A stretch of 64,000 bases of DNA from an uncultured archaeon (lineage in GTDB: Archaea; Aenigmatarchaeota; Aenigmatarchaeia; GW2011-AR5). Below, one piece after another: positions 50,915-60,393 of this stretch (positions are counted from its first letter, which is position 1; every line of letters starts with the position of its first letter). The position numbers were made by a program, and so were the translations under genes. The stretch lies in NCBI GenBank assembly GCA_964373695.1, contig CAYJVT010000001.1, forward strand, positions 37,773 to 101,772, written 5' to 3'. The notes under the pieces were generated by a model. That model was not told the origin of the DNA, ran no database searches, and saw only the letters and a list, made by a program, of their open reading frames with translations.

Positions 50915-51919
50915 CTCGGGGAATGTCACCCTGTAAAGCTTTACTTCGCCGCCCCAGTTGTTGACAAGCTTGAAGTTTTCCAGTCCGGAGCCGTCAAGGA
51001 ACATCAGGCGTGTAAACATGGAACCTTGGAGCTCAGACGGCACGAATATGACACTCGACTTGTCCGGCGACTGTATTAGAAGTCCAGGCACTTCTGCGTT
51101 TTCATTCCTCGATATTACCCCGCTAGACTGCGTGAAGAAAAGGAGGTTTTCCACTGTTCCGACGGTATTGCCCTGCTGCACGAAGGCGCGTCTTGTCCCG
51201 TTTATTTCATATATCAGGAACGACTGCTGTGAGGAAAATGGGTACGAATAGATTATGGCATTGTCTGCAGGGGATGGCCTGGCCTGCTGCAATCTCACAG
51301 TTATGTAATTGTAGCAGCTTCCCTTATTGAGCTCGGAATTGCACGGCCTGGGAGAGCCCTCCGGACTCCAAGTGGCAAAATATGTCCACCATGTGCTTTT
51401 TCCTATTAAGTCAGATGATGCTATGTAATAGAATTCGCTGCATCCAGGCTGCTTGTAGTCCTCCAGGTACTTCAGGGCGAGACTTTCATTTGATGTGAAA
51501 AGCGATATGGCGATGTCCTTTATCCTGGCCCTGAAGAGTGTGACATCATCGGTTTCGGAGTTGTAGGCCTTGTTTATTATCTGCACTATTCCGTTGTCGT
51601 AATTTTCCAGGCGTATGTCGTTTTCTTCCATGTCCGAATACTTTGGGTCGTCAAAATAAAGCGTGTCGCTTTGGTGCGCACCGTCAAAAACCACTGGCCT
51701 TCTTGCAAGTCCTGTGATGAAGTGCCCAGGGTCCCAGTATGTGGCGATAACGGCACACTCTTCCGTGTTCTGGTTTATCCATGTCAGGGCCTCGTACCAG
51801 TTGTCATCCAGGACGGTCCCCTGATTCTTCGCGATGATTGACGCGGGCGAAAAGTAGTAGAAATTAGCGACCAGGAGTATGAATGCCATGACAATTGCGA
51901 CCAAGACTGTTCTTTTCAT
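50906..51919 (-). CDS. aglB: Oligosaccharyltransferase AglB, C-terminal part (last TM + soluble domain)
   Basis: N-terminal signal-anchor, WYEAL.WI..NT....VIATYWDPGHFI (WWDYG variant), R....DG, RIKDIA, SDLIGK (DK-like), SMFTRL. Confidence 0.88.
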   Translation of the reverse strand: MKRTVLVAIVMAFILLVANFYYFSPASIIAKNQGTVLDDNWYEALTWINQNTEECAVIATYWDPGHFITGLARRPVVFDGAHQSDTLYFDDPKYSDMEENDIRLENYDNGIVQIINKAYNSETDDVTLFRARIKDIAISLFTSNESLALKYLEDYKQPGCSEFYYIASSDLIGKSTWWTYFATWSPEGSPRPCNSELNKGSCYNYITVRLQQARPSPADNAIIYSYPFSSQQSFLIYEINGTRRAFVQQGNTVGTVENLLFFTQSSGVISRNENAEVPGLLIQSPDKSSVIFVPSELQGSMFTRLMFLDGSGLENFKLVNNWGGEVKLYRVTFPESS

Positions 51920-51923
51920 ATCA

Positions 51924-53132
51924 TCAATCCTCTATTTTGGCGTCCTCTCCGGTAGCCATGCGTATTAGCTTTGACAGTATTATGCCGGAGCCTATCGCCA
52001 TTGGCGCCGTGAACAGTATTGAGAAGCGGACGGCGACAAGCGTGGCGGCAAACGGCCCGACAAACCATATAAACAAAAGGAATAGCGTGTCTATATGCTG
52101 CCTCTTCCTTATGAACGAGTAGAAAAGGTACATGAGGCAGTATAGCATGAGGAAGAACGGCGATATGAGTATTCCTATTCCCTGCACGGCGCTGGTCCTG
52201 GATATTATTTCCCTCGCTCCGCCGCTCTGCTGAAGCTCTGCCACGGACACATAGACGTTGGGGAATACTATCTTCTCCTCGCCCTTTATGCTCTGGAACT
52301 CGAAGGGGCCCCTCAAGACATACAGGTTCTTGTCGGCGCCGTATATGGATGTCAGTATCAGCGACATGACGAATATGTATATTCCATAGCTTGCAAGGAT
52401 ATGCTTTATGCTGCCGAGCGAGGCTTTCAGGTTTCTGCTGCCGGCAAGATGGAACATGAATTTCAGGATGATAAGACCAGAAATTATCCATACTATGTAC
52501 CAGTAGCCTATCCATGTGTTTGCCCATATCCCTAGGAGTATTCCAAGGGCGATGGAATATGAGATGAATTTCTTGTCGAATTTTCTCGTTCGTTCTATGT
52601 ATTTGTATGAATAGATGAAAACTGCCATGACTATCATCGGGATGAGAAGCACGAAGCCGTCGTTGTCGGGGTCGCCGGCAAGGGATCTCGCCACTAGGGA
52701 CAGGTCAAAAACGGTGAAGAAGGCCGCGAGAAGTCCCGCCTTTTTGTCGTACAGAGCCTTCCCTATGAAATACATGGGTATTGCTATGAGCGCAGCGATA
52801 AACGCGGGGAAGTATATCAGATACTGCCACATCTGCATTTCGGGGATAAATATCCTCAGAAGCATGAATGAGTAGGCTCCGAAATATTCGTACGGATGCA
52901 GCTCGAAGTTCCTCGTCGTGCCGACTGGCGATCTGACCAGCTCATCTCTTTCAGGCAGTACGCCGTTCTCGACGATGTCATCCATGAACCTTGCGAACGT
53001 GTAAGAGTCTATGTTCCTGAGATACTGCCATCTGTACTCCTCCACCCTCACGTAAAAGGTCAGAAGGACAATAAGGATAAGGCATATGGGGGCCCAGTTC
53101 TTCTTGATAAACTCCAAAGCCCTTCGCTTCAT
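51924..53132 (-). CDS. aglB: Oligosaccharyltransferase AglB, N-terminal membrane part
   Basis: IDSYTFAR (EL1 Asp), RSLAGDPDND (DxD), VSVAELQ (TIXE/SVSE), AVRF (conserved Arg) and about 12 TM segments. Confidence 0.9.
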   Translation of the reverse strand: MKRRALEFIKKNWAPICLILIVLLTFYVRVEEYRWQYLRNIDSYTFARFMDDIVENGVLPERDELVRSPVGTTRNFELHPYEYFGAYSFMLLRIFIPEMQMWQYLIYFPAFIAALIAIPMYFIGKALYDKKAGLLAAFFTVFDLSLVARSLAGDPDNDGFVLLIPMIVMAVFIYSYKYIERTRKFDKKFISYSIALGILLGIWANTWIGYWYIVWIISGLIILKFMFHLAGSRNLKASLGSIKHILASYGIYIFVMSLILTSIYGADKNLYVLRGPFEFQSIKGEEKIVFPNVYVSVAELQQSGGAREIISRTSAVQGIGILISPFFLMLYCLMYLFYSFIRKRQHIDTLFLLFIWFVGPFAATLVAVRFSILFTAPMAIGSGIILSKLIRMATGEDAKIED

Positions 53133-53162
53133 TCTCCAAGTTTTTATATAAAGTATTAAAAA

Positions 53163-54320
53163 CTACATCAGAAGGCTTCTGTAAAATGAAACTATGTCAA
53201 TTTCGCCGTTTACGTGATTTGCCAGCGCGAGAAGCTGCATGAAGAAAAACAATGAGAATATTACGGCAATAGCTATGGACATCCTTCTGGACTTTTCGGA
53301 AATTCCGGACATAGCCGCGAATATTGGGAACATCATAAGCTCGAATCTAGTGACCGAAGACAGTATTCCTGAAGAGAATATCATGATGAAGCTGAAAGCG
53401 ACATACATGACATATTCCGGGGGTATTTTTTTCCAGCAAAGCGCCAGTATGGAAATAAACGCCAGAGACATCACTATGTTGAAATAATTGTACAGCACAA
53501 CGAAAAGGCTTTCTGTCGAGGCTATTTCATTCAGCGTGTTCAGGAAGGCGGTGTGAGGAAGCCCTATTCCCCTGCTGAACTGGCCCTGCGTGTAGAACTG
53601 GAGCAGGGGGTCGCCGAAGGCGGCGTAATGATAGAGCATGACGGTGACAAAAGCGGCCGGCACGAGAAGCGTGAGGAGTATTTTCCTGTCCACGTTCCTT
53701 ATCTTGAAGCCCTTCTCCCTCATGTACATGTAGAGTAGGGGGATGAACATGGAAATCCCGACGAAGCGCGTCAGCGTGGCGAAATATCCCATTACGCCGG
53801 CATAATGCCACCTGCCTTTTAGGGCAAAATAGAACGTCATACAGGAGAAAAACAGGAATATCGGCTCGGTATAAAGCGCTGTCAGGAAGTACGCTGACGG
53901 GAACATCAGCATATATATTATGGATTTTCTTGTCTGGCGTTCGCTCCATGTCTGCCTGAGAAGTATGTACATGGATGCTATTGCAAGGAATGAGAATATC
54001 TGGGGTAATAAATAAGCTGCGATATCATGTCCCACGAATCCGAGGGCCGCTATGAGAAACGGATAGAACGGGTACCAGCCGAAATTAGTTGTCGTCACGC
54101 CGTATTCGTAGTTGTACCCCATGGTGGCTATGTCCAGGTAAGCCCTTGTATCAAACTGGTGCCATGGCCTTATTAACGGGTTCTGCAGTTCGGTATTCTT
54201 GTGGGAAAACTGCTCCGGAACTGCGTAATAGGATGCAGTCGCAAACGACAGTATCAGTATTTTGTATACGATGAATATGACGAGTATTTTTTTCAGTCCG
54301 CCGTCCATGTGTATTTTCAT
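53163..54320 (-). CDS. PIG-V/GT76-like mannosyltransferase (GT-C)
   Basis: WHQFDTRAYLDIA..GY, WYPFYP, FPSAYFL.A.YTE..F, LTRFVG, RF....FP. Confidence 0.85.
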   Translation of the reverse strand: MKIHMDGGLKKILVIFIVYKILILSFATASYYAVPEQFSHKNTELQNPLIRPWHQFDTRAYLDIATMGYNYEYGVTTTNFGWYPFYPFLIAALGFVGHDIAAYLLPQIFSFLAIASMYILLRQTWSERQTRKSIIYMLMFPSAYFLTALYTEPIFLFFSCMTFYFALKGRWHYAGVMGYFATLTRFVGISMFIPLLYMYMREKGFKIRNVDRKILLTLLVPAAFVTVMLYHYAAFGDPLLQFYTQGQFSRGIGLPHTAFLNTLNEIASTESLFVVLYNYFNIVMSLAFISILALCWKKIPPEYVMYVAFSFIMIFSSGILSSVTRFELMMFPIFAAMSGISEKSRRMSIAIAVIFSLFFFMQLLALANHVNGEIDIVSFYRSLLM

Positions 54321-54363
54321 TATTCTGTGTTTGGAAAATAGGCTTAAAAATAGACCAGCACAC

Positions 54364-55854
54364 TTATTTCGTGTATCCGGCGGCTATCTTGGCTATTCTT
54401 ATTGTGCTTCTGGGGTGCTTGACAAGGACCTTGACATCATGTAAGAGCTTGGACGGGTTTTGTATCTTGCGCATCAGGTAAACCTTCCTGACCTTCTTGT
54501 AGAACTGCACGGAAAATTCCCTGAGGTCTTCGGGAGTGAAGTGCTCCGTCTTTATCCTCCCCGTTCCCTGTATGAAGCCTTCTGTATAGTCCTCGCTGGT
54601 GAGATAGCCGTTCTTCTTGGCTATCTCGTACATTTCCGTCCCTACAAGTGGTATGGCGATATGCAGATGAGGCGTGACGTTGTGTTTTTTCATCATCTCG
54701 AATGCAAAATTCAGGGTGCCATTTATGTCTTCCTTGGTCTCGCCCGGAAATCCTATTATATAGAAGGCGCTCAGCGGTATTTTGAGCTTGTGGCAGTTCT
54801 TCATTGTCTCAACCGTCTTCTGGAGGTCGAGCTTCTTCTTCACTATGTCATTAAGGACGTGCGGATTCGATGACTCCACAGCTATCCTGAGTTCTCTCAC
54901 GCCAGAGCGCTTCACCTTTTCGAGAAGCCTGAAATTAATGGCGTCTGCTCTGACTCCGTTGGGGGTGTCCCACTCGAATCTCAGCCCGCGCTCCCACATA
55001 ATGTCCAGGATGGACTCGAAACGGGGCTGGTTAAGCGTCAGGTTGTCATCCTCGAAATGTATAAGCTGGACGCCGTATTTTTTTACCAGAAGCTCTACAT
55101 GTCCGGCAACATATTCGGGCGACTGGTACCTGAACTTGTATCCCATGGTTGGGTGTATCGAGCAGAATATGCATTCATAGGGGCATCCCCTGCTTGTTAT
55201 CACGGTTATCTCGCGCTTGGGCTCGTGGAATATGTCGGTGTACCTGGAGCCGAGGCCCTGCATGGCAAGGCTGAAATATTTCTCCATGTCAACCATGTGG
55301 TATGCAGGATATGGCAGGGAATCAAGGTCCTGTATGTATTCCGGCGGCTTTGCGCATATTTCCCCGTCTTTCATGTATGCTATCCCGTTTATTTCGTCTA
55401 TGCTTTTCTTTCCTGAATAATAATCAAGCACTTCACAGAGCGTTACTTCACCCTCAGCCAGGACGACCATGTCTATGCTTCCGGATGAAAGGAACTCGCC
55501 AGGCCTGGATGTCGCGTGCGGCCCCCCGACGACTATTTTGGCTGTGGGGTATATGGATTTTATGTACTCCGTAACGCCAAGAGCCTTTTTCATCTGAGTG
55601 GAGAACAGGTTTGCGATTCCTATCACGTCCGGCCTGAATTCCAGGACCGCGTTCCCTATCCTCTCAAGAGACGCCCCGAAGTGCGTCTTGTCTTCTGTAT
55701 CTGACGGGTAAAGCAGGGAATCGAATATCTTCACATCATGCCCCTTCTTCTCGACGGAAGCTGCTATGCTTAATGTCCCCAAAGGTATCCCGACCCTCGG
55801 GGGCTCCATGGTCTGCAAATCGAGGTGTGGGGGCCTTATAAACAGGACTTTCAT
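54364..55854 (-). CDS. B12-binding radical SAM protein
   Basis: MKVLFIRPP...PLG..SIAA, GGPHAT, EGE, TSRGCPYECIFC, FEDDNL, NGVRAD, AVES, IGFPGET. Probable start at 55854. Confidence 0.93.
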   Translation of the reverse strand: MKVLFIRPPHLDLQTMEPPRVGIPLGTLSIAASVEKKGHDVKIFDSLLYPSDTEDKTHFGASLERIGNAVLEFRPDVIGIANLFSTQMKKALGVTEYIKSIYPTAKIVVGGPHATSRPGEFLSSGSIDMVVLAEGEVTLCEVLDYYSGKKSIDEINGIAYMKDGEICAKPPEYIQDLDSLPYPAYHMVDMEKYFSLAMQGLGSRYTDIFHEPKREITVITSRGCPYECIFCSIHPTMGYKFRYQSPEYVAGHVELLVKKYGVQLIHFEDDNLTLNQPRFESILDIMWERGLRFEWDTPNGVRADAINFRLLEKVKRSGVRELRIAVESSNPHVLNDIVKKKLDLQKTVETMKNCHKLKIPLSAFYIIGFPGETKEDINGTLNFAFEMMKKHNVTPHLHIAIPLVGTEMYEIAKKNGYLTSEDYTEGFIQGTGRIKTEHFTPEDLREFSVQFYKKVRKVYLMRKIQNPSKLLHDVKVLVKHPRSTIRIAKIAAGYTK

Positions 55855-55974
55855 GCATCTAGATTCGCCGCAGCGTTTATAAGTTTTATAAAATGCTAAA
55901 TGAGCTCCGCCTTTCATGTGCCTGCGAACCTCATGAAAACTTGCTCTTTAAAGATTTGCTGCTTTTATTTTTGC

Positions 55975-56727
55975 ATGGAATCGTGCGTTGCGGTCTGTAC
56001 CATCAACAGCGATGATATAAGCCTTGGGGAAGGCAAAGCAGTCCTCCGTGGAATGTGCAAAACAGAAAATCTGGGGGTTGAGAGCATAGTGAAGGCCGTT
56101 ATCAACAACCCGAAGATAAGGTTCCTTCTTCTCTGCGGTGAGGAACTCGTCCCGAGGTTCGCTGGCTTTGCGATAAAATGCCTGTGGAAAAACGGGGCCG
56201 AGAGGAATGGGAGGATAAGGGGAGCAAAAGGTCTCATGCCGTTTGTGAAGAACCTGAGTGCGGATGAAATTGATTATTTCAGGAAGCAGGTGGTGGTTAT
56301 AGACTCCATCGGAGAAAGGGATGCGAAAAAAATAGAGAAAATTATAGACGACTGTAACGCGAAGAATCCGGGCCCGTACAGCGCCCCGGCGCCGGAGGCA
56401 ATGGAAACAAAAATCGTTGAAGCCGACTACAACCCAGACAGCGGATGGACTGCCGACGAGAAGAATGATGAGAACTGGTTCATTATAGGCATAGAAAGGG
56501 GGAAGGACCGCCTTTTCGCGGAGCACTACATAGGCTACGGCGAGAACATGAAAAAATGCTGCAGGATAGTCGGCAAAACCACCGAATCCGTTCTCGGAAC
56601 TATAGTCAGGCTTGGCAAGGTTACGGCGTTGTACCATGCCGGATACCTTGGGAAGGAGCTTCAGAAGGCCGAGATAGCCATGAAGAAGGGAATAAAATAC
56701 AACCAGGAATTGGAATTTGAGATATAA
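55975..56727 (+). CDS. MtrA-like domain fused to a DUF4346-like domain
   Basis: G.CKTENLG.E.IV..VI.NP.IRFL.LCG.E, G.I.GAKG..PFV.NL....I..F..QV (MtrA pattern), and a C-terminal HAGYLGKELQKAEIA...G..Y.QE (DUF4346 pattern). Probable start at 55975. Confidence 0.82.
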   Translation: MESCVAVCTINSDDISLGEGKAVLRGMCKTENLGVESIVKAVINNPKIRFLLLCGEELVPRFAGFAIKCLWKNGAERNGRIRGAKGLMPFVKNLSADEIDYFRKQVVVIDSIGERDAKKIEKIIDDCNAKNPGPYSAPAPEAMETKIVEADYNPDSGWTADEKNDENWFIIGIERGKDRLFAEHYIGYGENMKKCCRIVGKTTESVLGTIVRLGKVTALYHAGYLGKELQKAEIAMKKGIKYNQELEFEI

Positions 56728-56751
56728 GAGCTGGCGGCCACAGTTTTCATT

Positions 56752-57450
56752 ATGATAACAGTAATACTGCCTACGTACAACGAGAGGGAAAATATAGAGG
56801 GCATGGTCAGAAAGATAGCCCCTACTGGATTCAAAATACTCATTGTAGACGACAATTCTCCAGACGGCACGGGAGAACTGGCCGATAAGCTCGCAAAAAA
56901 ATACAAAGCAGTCTCGGTGATTCATAGGAAGGATAAAAAGGGCCTTGGTTCGGCCATAATTGAAGGCCTAGTCGCTGCGCATACCGATATCGTGGGTGTC
57001 ATGGACGCTGACATGAGCCACGACCCTTCCATACTGCCTGAGATATCGGAACGTTTTGGGGCCGGAGCCGACTTCGTCATAGGCTCCAGATATGCAAAGG
57101 GAGGTGGCATCGGCGACTGGCCATTTTGCAGGAAACTCGTATCGATAATTGCCACCGCGATAGTGAAGCCGATTGCCGGCGTAAAGGACCCGGTCTCCGG
57201 ATATTTTTTTGTCAGAAAATCCGTCATAAATGGCATGAAGCTCAATCCGGAAAGTTGCAAGATATGCCTTGACATACTTGTTCGCGGGAATTACAGGAAT
57301 GTCGTGGAAGTTCCGTATGTTTTTCACGACAGGATTAGGGGCTCAACAAAAATACTAAACTTCGGGGAAGTGATAAGGTACGTGAAATACGTGTCTTATC
57401 TATACTTTTATAAAATCACGAGACTTAATAGTCGTGTTATAGATGAATAA
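56752..57450 (+). CDS. Dolichol-phosphate mannose synthase-like GT2
   Basis: ILPTYNERENI, VDDNSPDGT, GLGSA, VMDADMSHDP, IGSRY..GG, DP.SGYF. Confidence 0.92.
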   Translation: MITVILPTYNERENIEGMVRKIAPTGFKILIVDDNSPDGTGELADKLAKKYKAVSVIHRKDKKGLGSAIIEGLVAAHTDIVGVMDADMSHDPSILPEISERFGAGADFVIGSRYAKGGGIGDWPFCRKLVSIIATAIVKPIAGVKDPVSGYFFVRKSVINGMKLNPESCKICLDILVRGNYRNVVEVPYVFHDRIRGSTKILNFGEVIRYVKYVSYLYFYKITRLNSRVIDE

Positions 57451-58390
57451 AATAAAAATTGTGCCGTTCGTAATAAGCATAATAATTATAGCCGCTATAA
57501 TTTATTTTTCCAATCCCTATCAGATATACATATCTATTTCCGGAATTGACAAAACTTACATTATACTGGCGCTTGCATTTTCTTGCGTGAATGTTTTTCT
57601 TCGTGTTGTAAAGTGGAAGGTTATACTGGAGAACGTGGGGGTTTTTGAGCTTTTTCCGATTCAGATGCTAGGGATGACTCTGAGCAACTTTACGCCGGGG
57701 AAGATAGCAGAGCCGGCAAAGAGCGTCCTGTTGAGGCTCAGGAAGGGTATTGCGGTGTCGGCGTCTCTCCCTACAATTATATGGGAGCGCATAAACGACA
57801 TCATATCCACCATAATACTGGCTTTCGTCGCCATACAGGCGTTGAGCATAGAGTCAAATCTTCTTTTCTTGGGCGCCGCCAGTATGGTTATTTTCCTGGC
57901 ACTGATAGTCGTTCTGCTGTTTGTCGTGCATAGCAGGTCCTTTGGTATCAGGATTTTTTCATTCATAAAGAGGTTTCCTGGGACGAAGGGCATCTCCGAA
58001 AGCTTCATGGAGAGTTTTTACTCCATAAAAACAAAGAAACTGGCCGTGCTGAAAAGCTTCGTTGTGACGTTTGCGGCATGGGTCCTTGAAGGCCTGATAT
58101 TCCATATAGTCCTGCTTTCGATGGGTGTGCAAATAAACTTCATTCTTCTGGCCGGCATAATATCCCTTTCACTTCTCATAGGAATAGCCTCATCGCTTCC
58201 GGGAGGCATAGGCTCATCAGAGTTCGTGATGATATTCCTTCTGGGAATAAGTGGTGTTGGAGGGGCGTTGGCCGTGTCCGCTGTTTTTATCTACAGGATA
58301 CTCACATTCTGGTTCGGGGCTTTGATAGGGGGTCTGTCTTTCGTCTATCTTAGCAGGAAGATAAACATGAAGGACTTCAATCTCAGATGA
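57443..58390 (+). CDS. UPF0104/LPG-synthase TM (AglD-flippase-like) membrane protein
   Basis: LRVVKW, NFTPGKIAE, ERI.D, SLPGGIGSSE, YRILTFW. Confidence 0.88.
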   Translation: MNKIKIVPFVISIIIIAAIIYFSNPYQIYISISGIDKTYIILALAFSCVNVFLRVVKWKVILENVGVFELFPIQMLGMTLSNFTPGKIAEPAKSVLLRLRKGIAVSASLPTIIWERINDIISTIILAFVAIQALSIESNLLFLGAASMVIFLALIVVLLFVVHSRSFGIRIFSFIKRFPGTKGISESFMESFYSIKTKKLAVLKSFVVTFAAWVLEGLIFHIVLLSMGVQINFILLAGIISLSLLIGIASSLPGGIGSSEFVMIFLLGISGVGGALAVSAVFIYRILTFWFGALIGGLSFVYLSRKINMKDFNLR

Positions 58391-59480
58391 AGGCTGAATG
58401 GATGTTTGAAATGACGAACTTTGCCAGCTTCATTTTTGGCAGATACCTCCAGGATTTGCTGAACTTGTCGTAGTCGAATCCACGGAGACTCTCCATATGG
58501 CTTCCGAAGTCGCTGAATATCCTGTCTATGCCATCGTTGTTCATTCTTGCATACGCGCGCCTCATAAGAAGCTGCTTCCTTATCTCAAGGGATAGCTCTT
58601 TTTTCCACGCTCTTTCGTAAATGGACAAAATTTTTCTGTCGAATCTGTTCCTTTCGGCGCACGTCTTTATCGTGGATGAGGCGTGTCTTGCGCCAATGAG
58701 AGAAAATATTATCCCGCCTCCGGTCAGGGGCTTGTTCTGGCCGCACGCGTCCCCCACGAGGATGCACCTCTCCGAATAGCTTTTTGTCATGCCTGTAGGA
58801 ATCATGTATGCATACGTCTTCCCGGGACCAAGTCCCTGCTCGGAGATGAATCTTTCGAGACACATGCCGCTTCCAGAGCCCGACATTAGACCGTATTCAT
58901 CGCTATGGGGAATTATCCATGAGAAGAAGTCCGGTGAGTAGTCTTTGTTGAAGAACGTCCTTATATGGCTGGATTTGACGCCGCTCCCTTTCACCATAAC
59001 ACCCACAGAAAGCTTCGGTGGGGTTATGCCGGCGGCTTTTCTCACGACAGACGATGCCCCATCACAGCCGATTATCATCTTGCCTTCGTAGGAGCCTTTG
59101 TCTGTCGTAACGGCCGCCATTTCCTTGGAAATATCGGCAGAAATAATCGTTTCATTTCTGAAATCAGCACTTTCTTTTGTTTCCTTGACAAGGAATTCGG
59201 CGAACCTCTCCCTATGAAGTATATAAGCAAACGGATTTTCATCCTTCAGAAAAAAACTTCTGCTTCTTGACACCAGCTCTATCTCTGTTATTTCATGCCT
59301 TATGAATTTCCTGTCGTAATGCTCCAGGAATCTTTTTGATACAATCCCGGAGTCCTTCGGCACGACTTTTTTGTTCTTCTCCAGAACAAGTACGTCGAGC
59401 TCGCCAAGGCTTCGCGCAATAGTGCTTCCGGCTATTCCGGAACCGACTATAATAACGTCGTACATGCAAAGACTAAGCAT
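58383..59480 (-). CDS. Geranylgeranyl reductase family FAD oxidoreductase
   Basis: YDVIIVGSGIAG, IIGCDGASS.VR, FSWIIP, LVGDACGQ.KP.TGGGI. Confidence 0.85.
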   Translation of the reverse strand: MLSLCMYDVIIVGSGIAGSTIARSLGELDVLVLEKNKKVVPKDSGIVSKRFLEHYDRKFIRHEITEIELVSRSRSFFLKDENPFAYILHRERFAEFLVKETKESADFRNETIISADISKEMAAVTTDKGSYEGKMIIGCDGASSVVRKAAGITPPKLSVGVMVKGSGVKSSHIRTFFNKDYSPDFFSWIIPHSDEYGLMSGSGSGMCLERFISEQGLGPGKTYAYMIPTGMTKSYSERCILVGDACGQNKPLTGGGIIFSLIGARHASSTIKTCAERNRFDRKILSIYERAWKKELSLEIRKQLLMRRAYARMNNDGIDRIFSDFGSHMESLRGFDYDKFSKSWRYLPKMKLAKFVISNIHSAFI

Positions 59481-59550
59481 AAAATGGTTAAATGCTCACC
59501 TGGAAGAAATGCCTTTTAAGCCATAATGTTCATACTCTCTGTAGATAAAT

Positions 59551-60393
59551 ATGATATTCGGCACACTGGACAGGCACTACAAGAAACTTGCCCTCATACC
59601 GGTTGTTCTGCTTGCCATATCCGTCTTCATTCTGGCCGGAAATATCATGACTCACGGCTCCGTTCTGGAGAGGGACACCGAGCTTGTCGGCGGCAAGATG
59701 ATAAGCATTGGCGTCGGCAGCCCGGATATACAAGAGGTGAAGGGCATCCTGCCTGAGGCCTCTGTCAGACTCACGAAAGGCGTCAGCAACATCCTTATAG
59801 TGGAAATACCTCTCGAAATGAACGAATTTGACGCATTCAACAGAATCAAAGACGCGGCCGACGCCAGAGGGGAACCGACATACAGAACAGTGGGGCCGAT
59901 TATAGGAGAGCTGTTCTTCCAGCAGGCTCAGATAGCGATTGTGGCCGCATTCATCATGATGTCGATAATAGTTTTCATCGTGTTCCGGAGCCTCGTGCCG
60001 TCGTCTATAGTGGTGTTCGCGGCCGCCACCGACATAATAGTGACGGTGGCTATCATGGGATTTCTGGAGATGAAGCTTTCCCTGGCCACGATAGCGGCCC
60101 TCATGACTCTCATAGGCTATTCGGTCGACACCGACATACTTCTGACCACTAACATGCTGAAATCCAGGGATAAAGAAATAAGGGATAGGATAAAAACGGC
60201 CATGAAGACCGGCCTGACTCTGACCGCAACCACACTAGTGGCGCTTGCCGCTCTTTACTTCGCGACCGGCTCGTTCGTGATAGAACAGATAGCCGCAGTG
60301 CTGATAATAGGGCTTGTGGTAGACATCTTCGCTACGTGGCTGACCAATGCAGGCATATTGAGATACTGGATGGAGAAAAAACATGCTGCTTAA
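59551..60393 (+). CDS. secF: Protein translocase subunit SecF
   Basis: ELVGG, VGP..G, VFRS..PS, A...DI, IGYSVDTDILL. Confidence 0.93.
   Translation: MIFGTLDRHYKKLALIPVVLLAISVFILAGNIMTHGSVLERDTELVGGKMISIGVGSPDIQEVKGILPEASVRLTKGVSNILIVEIPLEMNEFDAFNRIKDAADARGEPTYRTVGPIIGELFFQQAQIAIVAAFIMMSIIVFIVFRSLVPSSIVVFAAATDIIVTVAIMGFLEMKLSLATIAALMTLIGYSVDTDILLTTNMLKSRDKEIRDRIKTAMKTGLTLTATTLVALAALYFATGSFVIEQIAAVLIIGLVVDIFATWLTNAGILRYWMEKKHAA

Noticed and set aside
51916-52527. 203-aa alternative-frame ORF suggesting aglB is frameshifted
   Set aside because: Its translation has no AglB-like features. The annotated N-terminal frame carries the motifs up to a double stop, and the C-terminal gene has its own ATG.
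55975-56727. Evidence for methanogenesis (Mtr complex)
   Set aside because: Only an MtrA-like domain is present, the cobalt-ligand His is missing, and there are no mtrB-H genes.
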